64,000 nucleotides of DNA, taken from Candidatus Adlerbacteria bacterium (GTDB lineage Bacteria; Patescibacteriota; Minisyncoccia; Phycocordibacterales; SBAW01). Positions 31,312-41,726 of the stretch are shown here, piece after piece. Each line of letters begins with the position of its first letter. Positions within the stretch are counted from its first letter, which is position 1. The notes under the pieces are model-generated. The model worked only from the letters and a program-made list of their open reading frames with translations, did not search any database and was not told the DNA's origin. The stretch is taken from positions 120,300 to 184,299 of the forward strand of contig JAQBRA010000004.1 of NCBI GenBank assembly GCA_028286685.1, read 5' to 3'. A program made the position numbers and the translations under genes.

Positions 31312-31418
31312 GGGTAGCAAAACAAGGTTGACGGAGTGTCTGTAGATTCGACGGAATCGAGGCTAGGGAATTTTCAGCAGAAAATTCGCCCACTCCGGCA
31401 AGCTTCGTTTTACTACCC
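31312..31418. repeat. MITE/REP-like element, copy B
   Basis: gggtagcaaaacaaggttgacggagtg ... cactccggcaagcttcgttttactaccc; internal gaatttt-cagcag-aaaattc. Confidence 0.65.
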
Positions 31419-31957
31419 TACTTTAACAAACTCTTAAACTTCGCCTGCACTTTATCGACCTTGGGTGCTATTACCAGCTGGCAGTAGCTCGCGCCTTTGT
31501 GGTTCTCGTAATACTTCTTGTGGTAATCCTCGGCGACGTAAAACTCTACCAAGGGCTCCACCGAGGTCGCGATGGGCGTCTCTCCGTACTTGAGGCTTAG
31601 GTTCTTTATATAGTGCTCGGCCATGTCCATCTGCCGCACGGTCGTATAGAAGACCGCCGGGCGGTACTGCGGGCCGATGTCATTACCTTGCCCGTCCTGC
31701 TGCGTCGGGTCATGGCTCTCGAAATAGACCTGCAAAAGCTCAGGAAATGCGATATCGTCCGGATTGTAAATTACCCGCGCCGACTCCACGTACGGCGTCA
31801 TGCCGGTTGAGACTTCTTCGTACGTTGGGCCACTCGAGCGCTTATGCACCGGCCCGGCATAGCCCGGATCAACACTCTCCACGCCTTTAATCATCCGGAA
31901 TACGGCCTCGGTGCACCAAAAGCACCCGCCGCCAAAGACTATTGTTTCGCTCTCCAT
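31418..31957 (-). CDS. msrA: peptide-methionine (S)-S-oxide reductase
   Basis: GGGCFWCTEA, HDPT, GNDIGPQYR and AEDYH motifs. Confidence 0.95.
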   Translation of the reverse strand: MESETIVFGGGCFWCTEAVFRMIKGVESVDPGYAGPVHKRSSGPTYEEVSTGMTPYVESARVIYNPDDIAFPELLQVYFESHDPTQQDGQGNDIGPQYRPAVFYTTVRQMDMAEHYIKNLSLKYGETPIATSVEPLVEFYVAEDYHKKYYENHKGASYCQLVIAPKVDKVQAKFKSLLK

Positions 31958-32007
31958 ACTGTAATAGTATCCCACTAGACAATCCGCACCAAACAAGGAG
32001 ACGACAA

Positions 32008-32505
32008 ATGGAACCGGCCACTTCAGTAGCGCCCACTATCGCATGGGGCCTGCCCGCCCTGACGAAAAAACTGACCAGTCCGGAAGTTATTAGCGAAATC
32101 TGCGATACGATCTTTGCCGACCTGGCAAAGCTCCGCGACGAAGCCCGCCGTGTCGGCGCCGATACTATTGCAACTCGACACAACTACCCCGGCTCCAGCT
32201 TGCCCTATATCGCCCCGAGCGGCTGGGCCCGGCGGGATCGGAAAGAATGGTACCAAGGCTACTACATTGGCATAGGCCTGGATTGCAGCAAGACTTCCTC
32301 GCTCGGCTTTATGACTGGAAAAGTAGTCGATGAGCTCCGTAGGCGGCTGGAAGCCGCTCAAGAACAGTACTACCGCGAAGAACCCCGGGAAGTCCTAAGT
32401 ATCGGCGGCGCAGTCCATATCCAGGGCGAGATATTCCAAACCAAGGACGGGATCTTCCAGGTCGAGCATACCCATTCCTGGTATGTGAAAATCAGATACG
32501 ACTGA
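32008..32505 (+). CDS. hypothetical protein
   Basis: SD AAGGAG, ATG start and terminator at about 32526-32551. Confidence 0.6.
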   Translation: MEPATSVAPTIAWGLPALTKKLTSPEVISEICDTIFADLAKLRDEARRVGADTIATRHNYPGSSLPYIAPSGWARRDRKEWYQGYYIGIGLDCSKTSSLGFMTGKVVDELRRRLEAAQEQYYREEPREVLSIGGAVHIQGEIFQTKDGIFQVEHTHSWYVKIRYD

Positions 32506-32549
32506 TGCGCAGTCCAAGAACTATAACCGCCGGGCTAGCCCGGCGGTTT

Positions 32550-33716
32550 TTATTTATCCTTCAAATACTTCTTCCCTTTCAGTTTCTCCGGCAGATAGCT
32601 TTCCTTGTCGTACAGCTTATAGCCCTTGTGGTAGCCGATATCCTTCATGAGCTTAGTTGGCGCATTGCGGACCCGCATGGGTATTGGCAGGCTGCCCAAC
32701 TTTTTAACATCATCTACCGCAGCAAAATAGGCGTCATAGCTCTTGCGCGACTTCTTAGACTCCGCCAGGTACGCCACGCCATGCGCCAGGTTTATGGCGC
32801 ACTCGGGGTAGCCTATCTTTTCGCATGCCTCAAACACGGCATTAGCGACCACCAAAGCGGTCGGCTGCGCCAAGCCGATATCCTCCGAGGCAAATACCAC
32901 CATGCGCCGCGCGATAAACAGCGGGTCCTCCCCCGCCTCCACCATCCGCGCCAGGTAATACAGCGCGGCATCGCCCTGGCTGGCGCGCATGCTTTTTATG
33001 AAGGCCGATATGGTGTTGTAGTGCTCCTCGCCCTTCTTGTCGTAGCGCAGGTGCGCCGACTGTATGGTTTCCTTAAGTGCATCGGTCGAGAGCTTGCCGT
33101 AGAGCTTGTGCGCGTTCTCGAGGACCGTAATGGCCTGGCGCGCATCGCCCTGCGCCATCTGCACCAGCCACTCCTTGGCTTCTTTGGCTATTTTTGCCTT
33201 TAGCTCTTTTGCGGCGCGATCGATAATACGGCCCATGTCCGCCTCGGTAAGCTCCTGCAGCACAAAGACGCGCGAGCGCGAAAGCAATGCTGAGATTATT
33301 TCAAACGAAGGGTTCTCAGTCGTAGCCCCCACCAAGGTTACGTCGCCGCGCTCGACAAATGGCAACAAGAAATCCTGCTGCGCCTTATTAAAGCGGTGTA
33401 TCTCGTCGATAAATAAAATCTTGGGCCGGTCAAAGCCGAGCGTCGGCTTGTTGCGGCGATTGTCGCCCAGCACGTTCTTGATATCCTCCTTGCCCGAGTC
33501 GACCGCCGACAGCTCAAAAAAATCCGCATCGAGCGCATTGGCGTACATGCGCGCCAGGGTTGTCTTACCGCTCCCGGGCGGCCCCCACAATATAAAGGAG
33601 AAGAGCTCCTTCTTGTCCATGGCCATGCGCAAGGGCTTTCCCGCGCCTACCAGATGCTCCTGCCCCCAGAATTCCTCGAGGCTCGTGGGGCGTATTTTGG
33701 ATGCCAGCGGTTCCAT
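32550..33716 (-). CDS. rarA: replication-associated recombination protein A
   Basis: PLA..RP, GPPGSGKTT, DEIHRFNK.QQD and ISAFIKS motifs. Confidence 0.95.
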   Translation of the reverse strand: MEPLASKIRPTSLEEFWGQEHLVGAGKPLRMAMDKKELFSFILWGPPGSGKTTLARMYANALDADFFELSAVDSGKEDIKNVLGDNRRNKPTLGFDRPKILFIDEIHRFNKAQQDFLLPFVERGDVTLVGATTENPSFEIISALLSRSRVFVLQELTEADMGRIIDRAAKELKAKIAKEAKEWLVQMAQGDARQAITVLENAHKLYGKLSTDALKETIQSAHLRYDKKGEEHYNTISAFIKSMRASQGDAALYYLARMVEAGEDPLFIARRMVVFASEDIGLAQPTALVVANAVFEACEKIGYPECAINLAHGVAYLAESKKSRKSYDAYFAAVDDVKKLGSLPIPMRVRNAPTKLMKDIGYHKGYKLYDKESYLPEKLKGKKYLKDK

Positions 33717-33808
33717 AGCTTAAGTGTACTCTTTTGGCGCAGCGCGGGTACACAAGTCAAAAAGCCCCGATCGGGGCTTTTTGACGCCCAGGGACGCAGC
33801 GGTTGACA

Positions 33809-34081
33809 CTACTCTTCGCTGTCATTTTCGTCACCGGTGCGTCCGCCGCCGTGGCTATTCTGCCCGCCTACGCGGCCTGCGGCAACCGCCTTCTCCCTGT
33901 CGTTGGCGAAGTTGCCAGGGTTGTTGTCCTTGCCCTGCGACTTGCCGCCCTTAGAAGCGATAGCGCGGCGCTGCTCCTCGCTCATGCCGGCAAATCCGCG
34001 GCCGCCGCCCGATGAGCTTTGCTGCTCCATTTCGTCGAGCTCACCGGTAGGCTGTCCCTGCTCATCTTGTTCCTGTTGCAT
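33809..34081 (-). CDS. KGG-repeat general stress protein
   Basis: RGFAGMS...IASKGG and NFANDREKA..AG..GG motifs. Confidence 0.85.
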   Translation of the reverse strand: MQQEQDEQGQPTGELDEMEQQSSSGGGRGFAGMSEEQRRAIASKGGKSQGKDNNPGNFANDREKAVAAGRVGGQNSHGGGRTGDENDSEE

Positions 34082-34303
34082 AAGCTTAGTTCGTTTAGCC
34101 TGGTAATCGCCCACTAAGCCATGCTAGCGCAAGCCGCCTGAACAAGAGGTTAAGGGCGGGAGTATTGGATTTTGCAATTTTTGGATAAGAAAAACCGCCC
34201 CATAAGGAGCGGTAGAATACTCGGCTGCATGGCCATTCGCGGCCGGAGCAGAGCTATTGACGGTAAAGCCTTCTAGGTCCAACTCCTGCGCAGCCGAGCC
34301 TTA

Positions 34304-35983
34304 CTACTTTAACACTTGGGGAGTTTTGGGCAAATCGAGCTTGCCAAGCGCCTGCGAGTACGTGAGCCCCACCTTCTTGCCCGGATTAAATATATCGTGC
34401 GGGTCGAATATCTTCTTAATCTCTAGAAACAGCCCGTACATTTCGCGACCGAACATCTTCTCCACGTAGGGCGTGCGGATAAGCCCGTCGTTGTGCTCGC
34501 CGGATATGGAGCCGCTGTAGGAAATGACCAGGTCGTAGACCTTGTGCGAGAGCTCGTCTATTACGCGGGAGATAGTCGGGTCTTTGGGATCGATAAGCGG
34601 GATGATATGGAAATTGCCGTCGCCCACGTGCCCCGCGATAGTGTAGGTCAGCTGCGGATACTCGGCCATGAGCGCCTGCAGCTTCGGCAGGAACTCCGGC
34701 AAAGTCGCGGGCGGCACCACGAAGTCGTCTATGAAGGGCGCGGTGCGCTTGCCGCGGATTTTCTTGCGCAGCAGGTTGAAGCTCTCCCGGCGTACGGCCC
34801 AGTACTTGCGGGCCGCCTGCTCGGTCGCAGCCACCCGCACGGAAACGCGCGACTTGTTGTGCGCCACCTCGGCGGCAAGCTTCTGCGCCCGGCTCAGGGC
34901 CTCTTGCTGCGTGTCGCTCCTAAACTCCACCAGCAGCACCAGCTTGGGCACGCCGCCCGTCAGCGCCATCCACAGCTCGGGCAAAAACGAGAGGCCTATA
35001 GAGAAGAGTCCTGCCTTCATCTGCGAAGCAAGCTCGGGCAGGTATTTGATAGCAATGGAGAAGGTGTGGTCGTCGTACGACTCGAAGCTGTCGGGCTGAT
35101 ACTTGAGCACCTCCGGCACCAGCTCGCCCAACTGAGAGAGATCACTGACGAAAATAACCGCCATGGAGGAGTACGGCTTGGGGTGCACGAGGCCGAACTT
35201 TATTTTAGTGACAATGCCCAAGGTCCCCTGCGAGCCGACCATGAGCCGGGCAAGGTCCAGGGAGTTTTTGCCGTCGCCCATGTCCCACAGGGCATAGCCG
35301 GAGGAATTCTTTTCCACCTTGGGCTTATGGGCCTCTATGATTTTTGCATACGCCGGGTTGGATAGCAGCAGGGAAACCTGGCGGTACAGGTCGCCCTCAA
35401 AGCCGGGCTCCTGAAGCTTTTGCGCCAGTGCGTCGCCTTCCAATTTCTTAAGGCTGTGGACCTGCCCGTCGGCCAGCACGACCTCCAGTTCGCGCACATA
35501 GCGGGCGGTCTTGCCGTACTTGAGGTTCTTCTCGCCGCCGGAATTGTTGCCCACCATGCCGCCCACAGTATTGAGCTCGCGGCTGGCGGTATAGCTCGGG
35601 AGTTCCAGGTCTTTCTTCTTGGTCTCCTTATCAAAATCCCTGAAAAACATGCCGGGCTCGACTACCGCCTCTTCCCCTTCCAAAGACACTAATTTATTTA
35701 AATGAGCTACCGTATCGAGCACGATGGAGGTCGTCAGCGGGCCGCCGGACATGTCGGTCCCGGCCGCGCGCGGCGTGATATGCAGGTCGAGCTTGTGGTT
35801 TTCCTGCTTTTTGACCGCAACGTAGCGCACCAAGGACGCGACGTCGGCAGCATCCAAGGGACGGACCACCGCCTGCGGGGTCACCTTAAAGAGGCTCGCG
35901 TCGCGCGAGGCAACGTCGAGAGTAGCGGCGTCGTCGAGGACTTCGCCGCGCACGACTTTTTTGAGCTCCTGCGCCAATGACAT
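34304..35983 (-). CDS. FAD-binding oxidoreductase (GlcD/D-lactate dehydrogenase-like)
   Basis: AGTDMSGG, GGMVGNNSGG, GSQGTLG, GHVGDGNFH and SGEHNDG motifs. Confidence 0.9.
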   Translation of the reverse strand: MSLAQELKKVVRGEVLDDAATLDVASRDASLFKVTPQAVVRPLDAADVASLVRYVAVKKQENHKLDLHITPRAAGTDMSGGPLTTSIVLDTVAHLNKLVSLEGEEAVVEPGMFFRDFDKETKKKDLELPSYTASRELNTVGGMVGNNSGGEKNLKYGKTARYVRELEVVLADGQVHSLKKLEGDALAQKLQEPGFEGDLYRQVSLLLSNPAYAKIIEAHKPKVEKNSSGYALWDMGDGKNSLDLARLMVGSQGTLGIVTKIKFGLVHPKPYSSMAVIFVSDLSQLGELVPEVLKYQPDSFESYDDHTFSIAIKYLPELASQMKAGLFSIGLSFLPELWMALTGGVPKLVLLVEFRSDTQQEALSRAQKLAAEVAHNKSRVSVRVAATEQAARKYWAVRRESFNLLRKKIRGKRTAPFIDDFVVPPATLPEFLPKLQALMAEYPQLTYTIAGHVGDGNFHIIPLIDPKDPTISRVIDELSHKVYDLVISYSGSISGEHNDGLIRTPYVEKMFGREMYGLFLEIKKIFDPHDIFNPGKKVGLTYSQALGKLDLPKTPQVLK

Positions 35984-36125
35984 TGTCTTAATTTTAGCAT
36001 GCAAAAAGCCCCGGGCTTTTGCCGGAGCTTTTGCTCTTCGCTCTGCTAGGCAATAGAAGCACGTTCGTCTTATATCGCCGTCACTCGCTCGGATACATAA
36101 AGTAGGACTTTTGCTCCTCGCTTCG

Positions 36126-36278
36126 CTAGGCGATTGGGTTGCGGCCCTGGATGAGCCGGATAAGCACCATGACGATAGCGATAACCAGAAGGATATGGAT
36201 GAATCCGTTGATGGTCGCGCCCGTGACAAGGCCCAGGAACCACAAAACAAGCAGGATGGCTGCGATGGTTACAAGCAT
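36126..36278 (-). CDS. lmo0937-family small membrane protein
   Basis: MLVTIAAILLVLWFLG...GFIHILLVIAIVMVLIRLIQGR (50 aa, absent from ORF track). Confidence 0.85.
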   Translation of the reverse strand: MLVTIAAILLVLWFLGLVTGATINGFIHILLVIAIVMVLIRLIQGRNPIA

Positions 36279-36338
36279 ATGTGAAATGATTAAGGATTAA
36301 TGCGTTTACCCTACCATTCAAGCGCGACTAGCCTGTAG

Positions 36339-37616
36339 TCAGTATGAAGCACTGACGGACAAGAGCGCGGCGGCGGACCAGGCCTGGATGCGGCAGGCGC
36401 CACCCTGCCCGCTCGTATGGACATACTCCTTAAAGCCGTGCCGGTACCCAAAGAGCTCTATAGGGGTCTTGAAGTGCTCGTACGCGCGGCGCAGGGCCTC
36501 CCGCACGCGCCGCGCGTCCTCGCTAAAGCCGAAGTTTTGAAGCCCTTCGGCGAGCATTGCCGTATCGTGCGGCCATATCGACCCGTTGTGGTAGGACACC
36601 GGGTCAAAGCGCGGCGAGCGGCTGCTGAGCGTGCGGATGCCGGCCTGCGGCACGAACATATCGCGGCTCATGAGCCGGTTGCGCAGATGCGTCATATGCT
36701 CCTGGTCCAAAATAGCCTCGCCTTGGTAAGCCGCCCAAAGCACGTGCCCGACACTCGACCGTTCGGCAGTCAGGGGCATGCCTTTGCCGTCGAGCGCAAA
36801 AGCGAGGCTTGTCGAGCGCGGACCCTTGCGCACGAATGCCTCGTTAAATCTTTCCTTGAGATCCGCCGCGCGGGCGCGGTACCGGGCAGCCAGGGCACGG
36901 TCATCCTCGTTATCGAGCGCCCCGAAATAATCCGCCCATGCACGCAGCGCCGCCCATGCGTAGGCCTGCACCTCTACGGGAGCTATGGGATACGGCGGGC
37001 GCTCGGCCCGGTCTTCGTAAAAAACGGACTCCGTGCTGTCCATCCAGCTCTGCACCGACAACCCGCCGAATGTGCGTTCCGGATGGAGCGAGTAGTCCAA
37101 AAACCCGTCGCCGTTGCTGTCGCCCCACTCCAGTATCCAGGCAAGCCCGGCGCGGACATTGGGCAAAAGCGATATGACAAACGAGCGATCCTTCGAAAGC
37201 CTCGAATACTCCCCTACTGCCATCAGGAACAGCGGAGTCGAGTCGACGCTGTCATAATTGCGCATCTCTCCGGTGGGATAAATAAACCAGGGGCTCTCCG
37301 AAAGCGCAGTGAGATGCCCGTGATTGTCCGGCCGGAATTCGTGGATAATCTTGCCCGGCTGCTCGCCGCTTTCTATCTGGTGCGAGCGCCCCTGCAGGTT
37401 GCCGAGCGTGCGCAGCACCTTTTCCACGAGGTTCAGGAAGTACTCGTCATGCGTGCGCTCGTAGGCTTTGAGGAGCCCGAGCGCGGTTATGAGGGAGTCG
37501 CGGCCGAATATGCAGCCGTATGCCTCGCCGCGGCTCGAGGCCAATATGCCCTCGTCGGTCTCAAGCTCCCGTATCGATTTAAGCCCGAGCTCCCAAAGCG
37601 GGTCATTGTGCTGCAT
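36339..37616 (-). CDS. amylo-alpha-1,6-glucosidase / glycogen-debranching-like hydrolase
   Basis: FGRDSLI, EQPGKI.HE, DSTPLF and YHNGSIWPHD motifs. Confidence 0.88.
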   Translation of the reverse strand: MQHNDPLWELGLKSIRELETDEGILASSRGEAYGCIFGRDSLITALGLLKAYERTHDEYFLNLVEKVLRTLGNLQGRSHQIESGEQPGKIIHEFRPDNHGHLTALSESPWFIYPTGEMRNYDSVDSTPLFLMAVGEYSRLSKDRSFVISLLPNVRAGLAWILEWGDSNGDGFLDYSLHPERTFGGLSVQSWMDSTESVFYEDRAERPPYPIAPVEVQAYAWAALRAWADYFGALDNEDDRALAARYRARAADLKERFNEAFVRKGPRSTSLAFALDGKGMPLTAERSSVGHVLWAAYQGEAILDQEHMTHLRNRLMSRDMFVPQAGIRTLSSRSPRFDPVSYHNGSIWPHDTAMLAEGLQNFGFSEDARRVREALRRAYEHFKTPIELFGYRHGFKEYVHTSGQGGACRIQAWSAAALLSVSASY

Positions 37617-37655
37617 AGGTTCATTTTCCCAAAAGAAACATGAAGGGCAAGGGTA

Positions 37656-38693
37656 TTAGCTGTCGGCCTCATCTCCGAGAAGCTTCCGGTATATCGCCTC
37701 GTATCCGTCCGCCATGCGGCTTACATTGAAATTTTGCAGGGCGTGCTCGCGGCATGCGGCGCGGCTTATGGTGCCTATGTTATGGAGCGCGTCTATCATC
37801 CCCTCCACGTCCTCGACCACGAAGCCGGTTACGCCGGTCTTGATTATTTCCGGTATGGCGCCCCGGTTAAAGGCAATGACCGGGCAACCGCAGGCCATGG
37901 CCTCGATCAGAGTAAGGCCGAACGGCTCGCGGAATACGACCGGATGCAAAAAGGCGCTCGCGCGCGACATAAGCCGGTTGCGCTCCTCTTCGTCTACCTC
38001 GCCCACCCACTTGATGCGCTCACTGAGCCGCGGCTCTATGTATTGCTTGAAGTACGGCAGGTCGATCGGCTCTACCTTGGCCGCGAGTATGAGCGGAATA
38101 TCCAAGACCTGGGCCACGTCGACCGCATACTGCACGCCCTTGTCCGCGGCAATGCGGCCGACATACAGCAAGTAGCCGTCGTGCTCGGCACTGAAGGGGT
38201 AGTGTTCCATGGACAGGCCGTGGTGCACCGTCCCCGCATGATTTATGTTGGGCAGCGGATAGAGCTGCGACTGCGATACGGTAACGATATTGGGTCCGCG
38301 CAGAAGCTCAAACAGCTTGCGGTTCTCGCCGGTAAAGGGTCCGTGCACGGTGGCCACGACCGGCGTTGTCGCCAGATTGGCGATCGGTATCGAAAGGGGC
38401 GCCATATGGTCGTGGATAATATCAAACTCGTCCTGCAGCTCGTAAGCCACGCCCATATGGAGCATGGTCAGGTCGTTGGTGCCGTACAGATCATTGAACT
38501 TTGCCTCGCGCAGCGCGCGCGGGTATACGCTTTCAAGCCGCGCCTGGGTCTGCGAGTCGCCCGAAGCGAAGAGCGTTACCTCATGGCCGCGGCGCACTAG
38601 CTCTTCGGTTAGGGCATGCACAACACGCTCAGTGCCGCCGTATTTCTTCGGCGGCACGCGCTCTGCCAGGGGGGCGATTTGGGCAATTTTCAT
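37656..38693 (-). CDS. glycosyltransferase family 4
   Basis: VPPKKYGGTERVV and EPFGLTLIEAMACG motifs. Confidence 0.93.
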   Translation of the reverse strand: MKIAQIAPLAERVPPKKYGGTERVVHALTEELVRRGHEVTLFASGDSQTQARLESVYPRALREAKFNDLYGTNDLTMLHMGVAYELQDEFDIIHDHMAPLSIPIANLATTPVVATVHGPFTGENRKLFELLRGPNIVTVSQSQLYPLPNINHAGTVHHGLSMEHYPFSAEHDGYLLYVGRIAADKGVQYAVDVAQVLDIPLILAAKVEPIDLPYFKQYIEPRLSERIKWVGEVDEEERNRLMSRASAFLHPVVFREPFGLTLIEAMACGCPVIAFNRGAIPEIIKTGVTGFVVEDVEGMIDALHNIGTISRAACREHALQNFNVSRMADGYEAIYRKLLGDEADS

Positions 38694-38743
38694 TGCCCAG
38701 TAAGAGTAACGGCTATGAATGAAGCGCTCCTGAAGGGGCCAGA

Positions 38744-39175
38744 TTACAGCTCGTTGCGCTGCACGAAAGCGCCGCGCGACACGACCGTGCCGTCAGGATT
38801 AAGCTGTACGTCGCCTTCCTTAAGCACCAGCTTGCCTCCCTCGCTAAAGATGCCCACCTCCTTGCCTACTCCCTCGCGCGCGCATATGACGCCCGAGACT
38901 TCGCCGGAAAGAAGCGGCGTCGTGGTGGCGCCCACAAGCGCGCAGGTGCCACGGTAGCCGCCCACCTCTACGTCAACGCCCGCCACCGTAAGGAACACAC
39001 GGGTCGTGGTGCCTTGGCTGTCCGGATCGATCCCCTGATCCACCAGCTTCCACTGGAGCTGCTCGACTACGATCGGGTCCACCTTCTGGGCATTGAGATG
39101 GCTAACCAGCATCCATGCGCCCAAAACGGCTGCGAGCACCAAGAGCACGACTACCGCGTATTTTTTATCCATCAT
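38744..39175 (-). CDS. membrane-anchored hypothetical protein
   Basis: N-terminal TM. Confidence 0.6.
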   Translation of the reverse strand: MMDKKYAVVVLLVLAAVLGAWMLVSHLNAQKVDPIVVEQLQWKLVDQGIDPDSQGTTTRVFLTVAGVDVEVGGYRGTCALVGATTTPLLSGEVSGVICAREGVGKEVGIFSEGGKLVLKEGDVQLNPDGTVVSRGAFVQRNEL

Positions 39176-39194
39176 ATAGTGCTAGTATACCAAA

Positions 39195-39878
39195 ATGCGT
39201 ATAAACAAGTACCTCGCCGATCAGGGCCTGTGCACCCGCCGGGAGGCCGACCGCTACATAGCCCAGGGCCTGGTCTACATAAACGGCACCAGGGCCGAAT
39301 TGGGCTCCCAAGTCCAAGAAGGCGATACCGTGGAGACGCGGCTGCCGGAAATGCATTACCGCTACTATGCCTACAACAAGCCCAAGGGCGTCGTTACCCA
39401 CTCGCCCCAGGACGGGCAGAAAGGCATCCAAGACGTTGCGGGCCTGTCCGGCGTCTCCCCTATGGGCCGGCTCGACAAGGAATCCCATGGCCTCATAATT
39501 TTGACCGACGACGGCCGCATCACCGAGCGGCTTTTGGGCCCCGACCGCGCGCACGAAAAAGAGTACATGGTGGAAACCCGCGAGCACCTGCCGCCGAGCT
39601 TTAAGAAGCGCATGGAGCAGGGCGTCAACATAGAAGGCTACACGACCAAGCCCGCCAAAGTTAAGCTCTTAAGCGACACCAAATTCTCTATTATTCTTAC
39701 CGAAGGCAAGAAGCACCAGATACGCCGCATGTGCGCCGCGTGGGGCTATACCATAGCCGACCTCAAACGCACCCGGGTCATGAATGTAAAATTGCACCCG
39801 CTGCAGTCCGGCCAATTCCGCGCCATCAAGGGCCTAGAGCTCAAGGAGTTTTTGCAGTCGTTGGGTCTTTCCAACTAA
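39195..39878 (+). CDS. rRNA pseudouridine synthase (RsuA/RluB/RluF family)
   Basis: S4 domain RINKYLA, GRLDKES.GL and EGKKHQIRRM motifs. Confidence 0.93.
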   Translation: MRINKYLADQGLCTRREADRYIAQGLVYINGTRAELGSQVQEGDTVETRLPEMHYRYYAYNKPKGVVTHSPQDGQKGIQDVAGLSGVSPMGRLDKESHGLIILTDDGRITERLLGPDRAHEKEYMVETREHLPPSFKKRMEQGVNIEGYTTKPAKVKLLSDTKFSIILTEGKKHQIRRMCAAWGYTIADLKRTRVMNVKLHPLQSGQFRAIKGLELKEFLQSLGLSN

Positions 39879-41138
39879 TCACGCGCTGCTGCCCGCAACA
39901 TAGCCGGTGGTCCAGCACAGCTGCAGGCTGTAGCCGCCCGAGGGCCGATCTATATTGATCATGTCGCCTATGATAAAGAGGCCGGCTACCTTGCGCGACT
40001 CCATAGTTTTAAAATTGATCTCTTCCGGCACTACCCCGCCGGAGGACACGACCGCCTTATCCTTACCCAAGAGGCCCTTCACCTTGAGCGGGACCGACTT
40101 GATAAGCTCGATGAGCTTGATGCGCTCCTCGTGCCGGACGCTGTGGTTAGGCGTGTCGCCCGATATGCCTGCAATCTCGAGGACCGCCGGCACCAATGCG
40201 GACGGGATAAGCTTGCCGAGGGCATTCTTTAATTTCTTGTTGCTCTCGGCAATCAAGAGCGCCTGCAGCTTTTCCTTGAGCATCGCATAATCGAGCGCAG
40301 GCAGGAGGTCGAGCATGATAGTCACTTCCCCGTATTGCAGCAGCTCGCCCACATCGCGGCTCATGTTAAGGACCGTAGGGCCGCTTACGCCCACGTGGGT
40401 AAATAGGAGCTTTCCTTTCTGCATCTGCTGCTTTACCCCGTCCTGATACACTGTGAGCTTTATGTCGGGGAGCGTCACGCCGGCAATCTTTTTAGCCCAC
40501 CCGTCATGAAGGGCAAGCGGCACCAGCGCTGCATTATTATCGACCACCTTGTGACCCAAGCTTCTAAGCCAGGCAAAGCCTTCGCCGGTCGAGCCCGTCT
40601 CGGGCCGCGAGGTGCCGCCCGTGGCAACAATGCAGGAGCGGGCCGCTACCCACGAGTTGTCGCTCAATCGCACCTGCAGGAGCCCGCTGGCACGGTCTTG
40701 CACTATGCCCGACACCGGCTTGCCCTGCACCACCTCGACGCCCCCCTTCTTTACGTAAGCGTTCAATACGTCCCACACCGATTGGGCCCTGTTGGATACG
40801 GGAAACATCCGCCCCTCGGCCTCCTCGCGGACCATGAGCTTCCGGTCGCTAAAAAATTTCAGCGCGTCTACGACGCCAAACTGCGAAAATGCCGAATATA
40901 AAAATTGCTCGGCGCCCTTGTATTTGGGCAGCAAAGTCCTGGGGTCCGGCTTGTGGTTGGTGATATTGCAGCGCCCGCCGCCGGTAATAAGCAGCTTCTT
41001 GCCGAGCGACTGGTTCTTCTCCAGCAGCAAAACCGTGCGGCCCCGCTCGGCGGCCCGGCCCGCCGCGAGCATGCCGGAGGCACCCCCTCCCACGACTACC
41101 ACGTCCCAAATAGCTCCTGTAGTGAGTTTTTGCTTCAT
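39879..41138 (-). CDS. HI0933/YhiN family flavoprotein
   Basis: GGGASG, KLLITGGGRCN.T, TGSTGEG and GGYSLQ motifs. Confidence 0.92.
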   Translation of the reverse strand: MKQKLTTGAIWDVVVVGGGASGMLAAGRAAERGRTVLLLEKNQSLGKKLLITGGGRCNITNHKPDPRTLLPKYKGAEQFLYSAFSQFGVVDALKFFSDRKLMVREEAEGRMFPVSNRAQSVWDVLNAYVKKGGVEVVQGKPVSGIVQDRASGLLQVRLSDNSWVAARSCIVATGGTSRPETGSTGEGFAWLRSLGHKVVDNNAALVPLALHDGWAKKIAGVTLPDIKLTVYQDGVKQQMQKGKLLFTHVGVSGPTVLNMSRDVGELLQYGEVTIMLDLLPALDYAMLKEKLQALLIAESNKKLKNALGKLIPSALVPAVLEIAGISGDTPNHSVRHEERIKLIELIKSVPLKVKGLLGKDKAVVSSGGVVPEEINFKTMESRKVAGLFIIGDMINIDRPSGGYSLQLCWTTGYVAGSSA

Positions 41139-41180
41139 TAAAATGAATATGAAAATACCGGCGCAAGGCCGGTAGGTTCA

Positions 41181-41282
41181 TTAGGCTGCGGCCTCCTCGG
41201 ACGGGGCTGCGGTCTCCTCTGCGGGGGTGGCCTCTACGACCTCCTCTGCCGGCATCTCTGCGGGCTTGTTTTCATCTTCCAT
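41181..41282 (-). CDS. 33-aa acidic Ala/Glu/Pro-rich peptide
   Basis: MEDENKPAEMPAEEVVEATPAEETAAPSEEAAA; GC3-rich codon use like neighbouring genes. Confidence 0.5.
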   Translation of the reverse strand: MEDENKPAEMPAEEVVEATPAEETAAPSEEAAA

Positions 41283-41420
41283 ATATAGTTGAAAGTTATC
41301 TTGCGGATAAAGCGACCGAGCCTCTAGCCTAGCACATCGAAGCCATAAGCGGTACCTAGGGCTTCATGCCTCCTACATACAGCAAAATCGCCCCGGTTTC
41401 CCGGGGCGATTTTGAGCGCG

Positions 41421-41618
41421 CTAGGCGCGGCTTACGTTGACGGCGTTAGGTCCCTTAGGGCCCTCCGCTACCTCAAAGTTCACCGTATCGCCCTGGCGAA
41501 GCTCGTCGAAGGTTACTCCGACAAGGTCCTTAGAGTGAAAGAAGAGATCCTTGGCCTCGCCCTCGCGGGAGATAAAGCCAAAGCCGCGGTCCGTCAATGT
41601 TTTTATAGTTCCAGTCAT
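41421..41618 (-). CDS. cold-shock protein
   Basis: RGFGFI, FFH and GPKGPNA.NV motifs. Confidence 0.95.
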   Translation of the reverse strand: MTGTIKTLTDRGFGFISREGEAKDLFFHSKDLVGVTFDELRQGDTVNFEVAEGPKGPNAVNVSRA

Positions 41619-41726
41619 GTTTTTTGTTGTTGTTGTTCTCGAAACTCCGACCCTTGTTTCTTAATCACCAGTATACCACACCCCTTCCTAATCTCCTAAG
41701 GGTCTTGGGTGGGGATAGGATATGCC

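Noticed and set aside
36417-37643. 408-aa plus-strand ORF and similar long antisense ORFs over cyo, uvr and GT4 genes
   Set aside because: Shadows caused by high GC3 in well-supported opposite-strand genes
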